This document shows, in pieces, positions 58,118 to 64,000 of a DNA stretch of 64,000 bases (position 1 is its first letter; every line of letters starts with the position of its first letter). The stretch is from NCBI GenBank assembly GCA_965183885.1, contig OZ238992.1, positions 699,159-763,158 on the forward strand. Direction: 5' to 3'. A program made the position numbers and the translations under genes. The stretch is from Flavobacteriales bacterium (GTDB taxonomy: Bacteria; Bacteroidota; Bacteroidia; Flavobacteriales; BACL11). The notes below the pieces were generated by a model that was not told the DNA's origin, did no database searches, and worked only from the letters and a program-made list of their open reading frames with translations.

Positions 58118-59428
58118 ATGAAGGTATTTAAAATTACAGCACTACTGCTAGTACTAAGTATAAGCACACAGGCTCAAGAAGTATGGACCCTTGAAAAATG
58201 TGTAAAACATGCTATTGACAATAATATTTCAATAAAACAATCTGAAGCAGACTTAAAAAACACAAAATTAAATAAGAATACTGCTATAGGAAACTTCCTT
58301 CCAAGCATCAATTTAGGAGGGTCCCATTCATGGAATGTAGGATTAAATCAAAATATTACTACAGGAATATTAGAGAATATGACTACTCGTTCAGCTTCTT
58401 TAAATGCAAATGTAAATATGGATTTATTTAATGGGCTACAGAATATTCAACAATTATACCGCTCCAACCTATCCATACTTGCAAGCCAATATCAATTGGC
58501 TGATATGAAAGAAAACATATCATTATTAGTTGCTAACTCTTATTTGCAAATCTTATTCAACAAAGAAAGTTTAGGAGTACAAGAGTCGCAATTAGAAATT
58601 ACTCAACAGGAATTAACCACAGCAAAAGAACGCCTTAATTCAGGAATTATACCTCAAGGAGATGTTTTAGAAATTGAGGCAAATTTAGCAACTACTGAAC
58701 AAGCTGTTGTAGTTGCAAAAAACAGCTATCTATTATCTAAAATAGCTTTAGCACAATTATTACTAATTCCTGATTTCCACAATTTTGAAATTGCTCAGGA
58801 AGACAATGTTAGTCCAAATATCGAGATACTAAACACAAGCATACAAACTATTTACAATACTGCTTTAGCCAATCGTAATGATGTAAAATACGCCCAAACT
58901 AATTTAAAAATTGCTGCAAAAGATCTTGCTATTTCCAAATCAGCTTTAATGCCAAAATTAAGCGGTTTCTATTCCTATAGCTCAAGAGTACTTTTTGATA
59001 ATCCTGCTAGCCTCTCAAGTCAATTAGATGCAAATGCTGGACAAAATTTTGGATTGCAACTAAGCATCCCAATCTTTAATGGGATGGCTACTAATAGTAA
59101 TATTAAAAGAAGTAAAATTAACATCTTAAAATCAGACTACGCTTTACAACAAGTAAAGTTAGATTTAGAGAATACCATTAATCAAGCCTATACAGATGCT
59201 AACGGTTCTTTAAAAGCATACGAAGCTGCTGAAAAGACTTTATCCGCCAGGAAATTAGCTCATGAATATGCTAAGGAGCGTTTTGATAATGGAGCTATGA
59301 ATACTTTAAATTTCTTACAAGCTAAGCAACGCTATGAAAGCGCACAGTCTGAAGCAATAAAAGCAAAATACAACTACATCTTTAAACTAAAAGTGTTAGA
59401 GTTCTATTTCAATAGCCCAACATTATAA
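58118..59428 (+). CDS. TolC-family outer-membrane efflux protein
   Basis: 436 aa with a signal peptide, the opening LEKCVKHAIDNNISIKQSEADL, two internal repeats, and the ending KVLEFYFNSPTL. Confidence 0.88.
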   Translation: MKVFKITALLLVLSISTQAQEVWTLEKCVKHAIDNNISIKQSEADLKNTKLNKNTAIGNFLPSINLGGSHSWNVGLNQNITTGILENMTTRSASLNANVNMDLFNGLQNIQQLYRSNLSILASQYQLADMKENISLLVANSYLQILFNKESLGVQESQLEITQQELTTAKERLNSGIIPQGDVLEIEANLATTEQAVVVAKNSYLLSKIALAQLLLIPDFHNFEIAQEDNVSPNIEILNTSIQTIYNTALANRNDVKYAQTNLKIAAKDLAISKSALMPKLSGFYSYSSRVLFDNPASLSSQLDANAGQNFGLQLSIPIFNGMATNSNIKRSKINILKSDYALQQVKLDLENTINQAYTDANGSLKAYEAAEKTLSARKLAHEYAKERFDNGAMNTLNFLQAKQRYESAQSEAIKAKYNYIFKLKVLEFYFNSPTL

Positions 59429-59432
59429 AGGT

Positions 59433-60593
59433 CTAGTCTACTTTAATACAGGCTGCTACTTCTTTTGCTTTTTTTACTAGCTCAGCTGTGCTTTCTGCTC
59501 CGTGCGCTAAAGCAACTGCCATTCTTCTAAAAGGACGTGTAGTTGGTTTTCCAAATATTTTAAAATCTGTATTAGGAAATTGTGTCGCTTTATCCAACCC
59601 TGTAAAAACAGGAAAATTATTACTTTCTTTATTAGCTAACACTACTGCTGAGGAACCGTTTCTAATTAAAGGAATATCTAAAACAGGGATTCCTAATATT
59701 GCTCTAGTGTGTAATTCAAATTCTGTAAAGTCTTGTGTTCCTGCTAAGGTTACCATTCCAGTATCATGTGGTCGTGGAGAAAGTTCAGAAAAATAAACTC
59801 CATCTTTACCAATAAAAAATTCTACACCCCAAATTCCACTACCCCCTAAAGCCTTAGTTACTTTATCAGCCATTTCTTGTGCAGTTTTTAAATGCATATC
59901 TTCCATTGCCATAGGCTGCCAGCTTTCTTGATAATCGCCTCGCTCCTGCCTATGTCCTATTGGTGGACAAAAAAGAGTATTCCCATTATTCTGAGTTAAA
60001 GTAAGCAATGTAATTTCATAATCAAAATCAATAAATGCTTCTACTATTACCTCCATCAAATCTCCTCTTGACCCTTCTAAAGCATAGTTCCAAGCTTTTT
60101 CAATATCTGCTTCAGTTTTAATAACTGATTGCCCTTTTCCTGAGCTTGACATTAAAGGCTTAACCACACAAGGCACTCCTGTAAAAGCAACCCCCTCTTT
60201 AAGCTCTTGATAAGAAGTAGCATATTTATATTTCGCTGTTTTTACACCTAAATCTATAGCTGCTAAATCACGAATTGCTTTTCTGTTCATTGTAAAGTTT
60301 GCAGCCTTAGCTGAAGGAATTACAGTATAACCTTGCTTTTCATAATCATAAAATCGTTCTGTTCGGATACTTTCTACTTCCGGAACAATAAAGTCAGGTT
60401 TATGTTTAGCAACTATCCTATCTAAGGCATCACCATCTAACATATTAATAACCTCAAATTCGTGCGCCACCTGCATAGCAGGAGCACCCTTATAACTATC
60501 TACTGCAATTACATACTGTCCTAACCTTTGCATAGCAATTACCACTTCTTTTCCTAGCTCTCCTGAGCCCAACAATAGTATCTTATTTCTCAT
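59433..60593 (-). CDS. purT: Formate-dependent phosphoribosylglycinamide formyltransferase
   Basis: 386 aa with [13 protein letters not shown]...[14 protein letters not shown] and an ATP-grasp core. It is convergent with tolC, with a 4-nt gap. Confidence 0.92.
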   Translation of the reverse strand: MRNKILLLGSGELGKEVVIAMQRLGQYVIAVDSYKGAPAMQVAHEFEVINMLDGDALDRIVAKHKPDFIVPEVESIRTERFYDYEKQGYTVIPSAKAANFTMNRKAIRDLAAIDLGVKTAKYKYATSYQELKEGVAFTGVPCVVKPLMSSSGKGQSVIKTEADIEKAWNYALEGSRGDLMEVIVEAFIDFDYEITLLTLTQNNGNTLFCPPIGHRQERGDYQESWQPMAMEDMHLKTAQEMADKVTKALGGSGIWGVEFFIGKDGVYFSELSPRPHDTGMVTLAGTQDFTEFELHTRAILGIPVLDIPLIRNGSSAVVLANKESNNFPVFTGLDKATQFPNTDFKIFGKPTTRPFRRMAVALAHGAESTAELVKKAKEVAACIKVD

Positions 60594-60673
60594 TTTACAA
60601 AAGTAAGAAGATTTGTTACCTTAAACAGGTAAGATGTTATTTTTATCCAATTAGAAACTATAATTATATTTAG

Positions 60674-60681
60674 TATCTTTG
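60674..60681 (+). promoter_or_regulatory. -7 box (TAtcTTTG) for the HMA-protein cluster
   Basis: TATCTTTG lies 18 nt before the ATG at 60700. The track's TTG start at 60679 lies inside this box. Confidence 0.5.
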
Positions 60682-60699
60682 ACCTTAAAGATTTTAATT

Positions 60700-61047
60700 A
60701 TGATAAAAATTATAAAAACCCTCGTTCTAGTTCTACTAACTTTAAGCTCTTTAAATACTTTTTCTCAAAAACCTAAGTGGGAAAAAGCATCATTCCAAGT
60801 TTTAGGAAACTGTGAAATGTGTCAGAAGAAAATTGAAACAGCAGCTAAAGCTAATGAAGGCGTAAAAACAGCAAGATGGAATATTGTAAGCCAAAAAATG
60901 AAAGTGAAATTTAACCCAGAAGTTATTTCAATTGATACAATTCAAAAATCAATTGCTAATGTTGGTTATGATACTGAAAAATACAGGGCTGATGATGAAG
61001 TTTATAATAACCTTCATCATTGCTGCCATTATGAAAGAGAAAAATAA
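60700..61047 (+). CDS. Secreted heavy-metal-associated (HMA)-like domain protein
   Basis: I moved the start to ATG 60700 (MIKIIKTLVLVLLTLSSLNTFSQ). It has a CxxC motif (GNCEMCQKKIE), a ferredoxin-like fold length, and a C-terminal HHCCHYE motif. Confidence 0.75.
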   Translation: MIKIIKTLVLVLLTLSSLNTFSQKPKWEKASFQVLGNCEMCQKKIETAAKANEGVKTARWNIVSQKMKVKFNPEVISIDTIQKSIANVGYDTEKYRADDEVYNNLHHCCHYEREK

Positions 61048-61059
61048 AACCTTATTACT

Positions 61060-61818
61060 ATGAGAAAAATACTACTACTTATTACTGCAATAACTGCTCT
61101 TAGCAGCTTTACTTTTGCACAAACTACGGCAACCCCTTTTACTACTAATGATTGTAATGGAATATCACATAATTTGTTTGATGAGTTAGATAATGGAGAT
61201 GTAATTGTTATTTGCTGGGTTATGCCATGTGCTCCATGTGCAACTTATGCAGGATATACTGCAGATGCAGTGCAATCTTTTGCTACAAGCCATCCAAATA
61301 GAGTAAAATATTATTTAGCTGATGATTACGCAAACTCATCTTGCTCTTATTTATCAGGGTGGGCAACAAACTATAGTATTGCAACTGATGCTATCTTTTC
61401 TGATGCTGCTTTAGATATGACTGACTATGGAACTCCAGGAATGCCAAAAACTGTTGTTTTAGGAAAAAACAATCATAAAATATATTACAATAAAAACGAT
61501 AATAAAATTACAGAGGCAGGGGTCACAGCAGCAATTGCCTTAGCACTTTCTGAGACTGTAGGTATTAACGAATCTTTAACAGCTAATTTTGCTTTAAAAG
61601 CTTTCCCTAACCCTGTTAATGAAACCCTTAATTTAAGTTTCAATACAAATACTACTTCTCAATTTGATATTATTGATGTTTTAGGGAAAATAATACTAAG
61701 CCATAATACTAGCAACAATACAAATACAAGCATAGATGTAAGTAAGTTAGAAAAAGGAAACTATATCCTTAGAATGACGAACCAATCTGGAATATCTAAT
61801 TTGAAAATTACAAAATAA
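61060..61818 (+). CDS. Thioredoxin-fold (TlpA/redoxin-like) CxxC protein with T9SS type-A C-terminal sorting domain
   Basis: 252 aa with a signal peptide, VIVICWVMPCAPCATY (WxxxCxxC) and GMPKTVVLGKNNHKIY (cis-Pro loop region). The CTD is FPNPVNETLNLSF...GNYILRMTN...LKITK. Confidence 0.7.
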   Translation: MRKILLLITAITALSSFTFAQTTATPFTTNDCNGISHNLFDELDNGDVIVICWVMPCAPCATYAGYTADAVQSFATSHPNRVKYYLADDYANSSCSYLSGWATNYSIATDAIFSDAALDMTDYGTPGMPKTVVLGKNNHKIYYNKNDNKITEAGVTAAIALALSETVGINESLTANFALKAFPNPVNETLNLSFNTNTTSQFDIIDVLGKIILSHNTSNNTNTSIDVSKLEKGNYILRMTNQSGISNLKITK

Positions 61819-61822
61819 TTCT

Positions 61823-62860
61823 ATGCGCTTACTACTATTAAGTATTATCTCTCTATCTTTTCAGGGAGTTATTTATGCTCAAGGCTGTTGTTCAGGAGGA
61901 GGAAGTAATCCTATTGCAGGGGGAGCTGCTACTGGCGTATTACAACAGTATCAAATGGAAGTATCACTAAATTATCAATCCAATAGTTCTACTAAGTTTT
62001 TTGAAGGCACAGAAGAAATTCAACAAGAAGGAATATATGATCAACTTAATAGTGAATATTTATTTTTAAGAACAGATTATGGGGTTAATAAAAAGCTAAC
62101 CCTATCCTTAGCGACAGGTTATCATCTAAATAAAGCATTAAGACTCAAAGGAGAGGACTCTACCTCCAGTTCAACAGGATTTGGAGATTTAATAATTTTT
62201 CCTAGATATGACATATACAATAAAAATAATGGAAATATCCGATCTGAAGTTACTTTAGGACTAGGATTAAAGTTCCCTATTGGTTCACATACTGACACAG
62301 TAGCCTCTAACTCAATCCTTCCTGAATATTTACCTCCAACTATTCAATTATCAACAGGGAGCGCTGACATTATGCTATATGCTTTCTTTTTTAGGGAATA
62401 TAAGAAACAAAAGTTTCGTGTTTTTGCAAACTCATTATACATAAAGAAGGGATATAATTCATTAAATGATAAATTTGGAGACTATGCTAGTTTATCATTA
62501 TTTGCAAGCAAAACAGTATACAGGAAATGGGGCTTAGTTGCTCAGATAAAAGGAGAACGCGTAGGAAAATTAGATGCAAGACAATCAAAATTAGACAGAT
62601 TTGAAAATCCTAATGGTGATTGGCTAGTTGAATTTGAAGCAGAAAGCTGGAAAGAAAAGAAGAACTCAACAGGAGGCGATAAAATATTCTTCATCCCACA
62701 GATTAGTTACTCTCAAGATAATTTTACATTTTTTGTTACAAGTGAAATCCCTTTATATCAGAATCTAAATGGAGTTCAATTTGGCTCTGAGCAACAATTT
62801 ACTATTGGAGTTAATTACCGTTTTTTCACAAAAGAATGTGGGCCTGAACTAGAGGAATAA
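61823..62860 (+). CDS. Predicted outer-membrane beta-barrel protein with Cys-Cys motif at the mature N-terminus
   Basis: 345 aa. Signal peptide ends ...VIYAQ, followed by GCCSGGGSNP. It has alternating-strand segments and a terminal strand TIGVNYRFF followed by TKECGPELEE. Confidence 0.6.
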   Translation: MRLLLLSIISLSFQGVIYAQGCCSGGGSNPIAGGAATGVLQQYQMEVSLNYQSNSSTKFFEGTEEIQQEGIYDQLNSEYLFLRTDYGVNKKLTLSLATGYHLNKALRLKGEDSTSSSTGFGDLIIFPRYDIYNKNNGNIRSEVTLGLGLKFPIGSHTDTVASNSILPEYLPPTIQLSTGSADIMLYAFFFREYKKQKFRVFANSLYIKKGYNSLNDKFGDYASLSLFASKTVYRKWGLVAQIKGERVGKLDARQSKLDRFENPNGDWLVEFEAESWKEKKNSTGGDKIFFIPQISYSQDNFTFFVTSEIPLYQNLNGVQFGSEQQFTIGVNYRFFTKECGPELEE

Positions 62861-62868
62861 AGTAAGTC

Positions 62869-63456
62869 TTAAAGATCTTTCATAAACATCTTAGAGATAT
62901 ATTTCCCTAAAATATCAAATTCAATATTTACTGTTGTTCCTACCTTAAAAGTATGAAAGTTAGTATGTTCATAGGTAAAAGGAATAATAGCTACAGAAAA
63001 AGAATAATCTTTAGAATTAACAACTGTTAAGCTCACCCCATTTACACAAACAGAACCTTTTTCTACTGTCATATTATCTGAAGGCTTATACTCAAAAGTA
63101 TAAATATGAGATCCTTTTTCTTCTTTAATAGCAATACATTTTGCAATTTGATCAACATGACCTTGTACCATATGCCCATCAACTCTAGCTCCTAAAGCCA
63201 TACAACGCTCTAAGTTTACCTTGCTCCCAACTTCTAACAAACCTAAGTTTGTTTTATCTAGAGTTTCTTTTATTGCTGTTACTGTATACACATCATTATT
63301 AATTGCTACAACAGTAAGGCAGACTCCATTATGCGCAACAGATTGATCAATTTTTAATTCTTGAGTAATTGCTGACTTACATGAAATATGTAAATTACTT
63401 CCTTCCTCTTTTAAAGCAACTATTTCTGCTAATTCTTCTATTATTCCTGTAAACAT
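62869..63456 (-). CDS. ribE: Riboflavin synthase (alpha chain)
   Basis: 195 aa with MFTGIIEE..., two lumazine-binding repeats (GVCLTV / GVSLTV) and NIEFDILGKY. Confidence 0.93.
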   Translation of the reverse strand: MFTGIIEELAEIVALKEEGSNLHISCKSAITQELKIDQSVAHNGVCLTVVAINNDVYTVTAIKETLDKTNLGLLEVGSKVNLERCMALGARVDGHMVQGHVDQIAKCIAIKEEKGSHIYTFEYKPSDNMTVEKGSVCVNGVSLTVVNSKDYSFSVAIIPFTYEHTNFHTFKVGTTVNIEFDILGKYISKMFMKDL

Positions 63457-63457
63457 T

Positions 63458-64000
63458 TTAATAATCTATTTCTTGTTCTACCATCTCTGGCATTACTCTA
63501 TTTTCATACAGCTGCGTTCTTAGCTGTGGTGTAAACCCTGCTGCTTTAATACAATCTTGTATGCTATTTGCTGTAAACCTATGTGGAGCTCCAGCTGCCG
63601 AAACTACATTTTCTTCAATCATAATTGAGCCCATATCATTTGCCCCACCATGTAAGGTAAGTTGAGCTGTATCAGCTCCAACTGTAAGCCAAGAGGTTTG
63701 AATATTTTGAATATTTGGCAGCATAATTCTACTAATAGCAACCATACGCATATACTCATCAGCAGAAGTTTCATTATTAATTCCTTTTACTCTTTGCAAT
63801 AAAGTACCATCATCCATAAATGGCCATGCAATAAAGGCTAAGAATCCATTTTCATTTTCTGGCTTTTGCTCCTGAACTTCTCTAATTCTTACTAAATGAT
63901 CAAAACGTTCTTCAATTGTTTCAATATGTCCAAACATCATAGTCGCCGATGTTGTTAATCCTACTTGATGTGCAACCTTCATTACATCTAACCATTCTTG
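63458..64000 (-). CDS. Radical-SAM menaquinone (futalosine-pathway) enzyme of the MqnC/MqnE/CofH family, C-terminal ~180 codons (gene continues past right edge)
   Basis: The frame stays open upstream of the track's Met (…QEWLDVMKVAHQVGLTTSATMMFGHIETIEERFDHL...GFLAFIAWPF...). A 1-nt gap separates it from ribE. Confidence 0.7.
   Translation of the reverse strand, partial: QEWLDVMKVAHQVGLTTSATMMFGHIETIEERFDHLVRIREVQEQKPENENGFLAFIAWPFMDDGTLLQRVKGINNETSADEYMRMVAISRIMLPNIQNIQTSWLTVGADTAQLTLHGGANDMGSIMIEENVVSAAGAPHRFTANSIQDCIKAAGFTPQLRTQLYENRVMPEMVEQEIDY

Noticed and set aside
1-64000. A whole-window scan for CRISPR arrays, IS elements, rRNA, riboswitches, toxin-antitoxin pairs and defence systems.
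   Set aside because: I could see no regularly spaced direct repeats, no terminal inverted repeats flanking a transposase-like ORF, and no long structured leaders. The longest leaders are about 70-100 nt (ABC operon, rpsB) and carry no motif I recognise. No nuclease, ATPase or methylase gene pairs are present. This was done by eye, so a covariance-model scan (Rfam) would be needed to exclude small ncRNAs.

Overview
This is an AT-rich chromosomal segment that reads as a Flavobacteriia-type Bacteroidota genome. The signs are type IX secretion (T9SS) C-terminal sorting domains, TAnnTTTG -7 promoter boxes before many genes, no Shine-Dalgarno signals, and the conserved block pdxJ / cbs-omp85-nadK-omp-uppS-bamA-skp-skp-murI. 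I can support 60 intact protein-coding genes, two of which run off the window edges and are missing from the ORF track in whole or part. There is also one frameshifted small ORF and one tRNA-Ser(GGA). Content is overwhelmingly core housekeeping: outer-membrane biogenesis, 2-oxoglutarate metabolism (both korAB and sucAB), rplM-rpsI-rpsB-tsf-pyrH-frr, kbl, gdhA, dprA, kdsB, ispG, purT and ribE. I found no integrase, transposase, CRISPR array, restriction or defence genes, or prophage. About a dozen ORF-track starts are over-extended, several because a TTG inside the promoter box was used as the start, and I moved them. The items worth a second look are these. (1) The tRNA-Ser 3' end occurs as three direct 18-nt copies, each with its own terminator, which look like att-site scars with no element; one copy has its own promoter box. 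(2) A three-gene cysteine-motif cluster: a periplasmic HMA protein, a T9SS-exported thioredoxin-fold CxxC protein, and an outer-membrane barrel with an N-terminal CC motif. (3) A 1162-aa T9SS cargo built on a PNGase F scaffold split by a ~500-aa insertion containing a LamG domain. (4) A small ORF broken at an A9 tract. (5) Four genes whose -7 box sits 4-5 nt before the ATG, predicting leaderless mRNAs. None of these is demonstrably a new system from sequence alone; items 1-3 are the best candidates.
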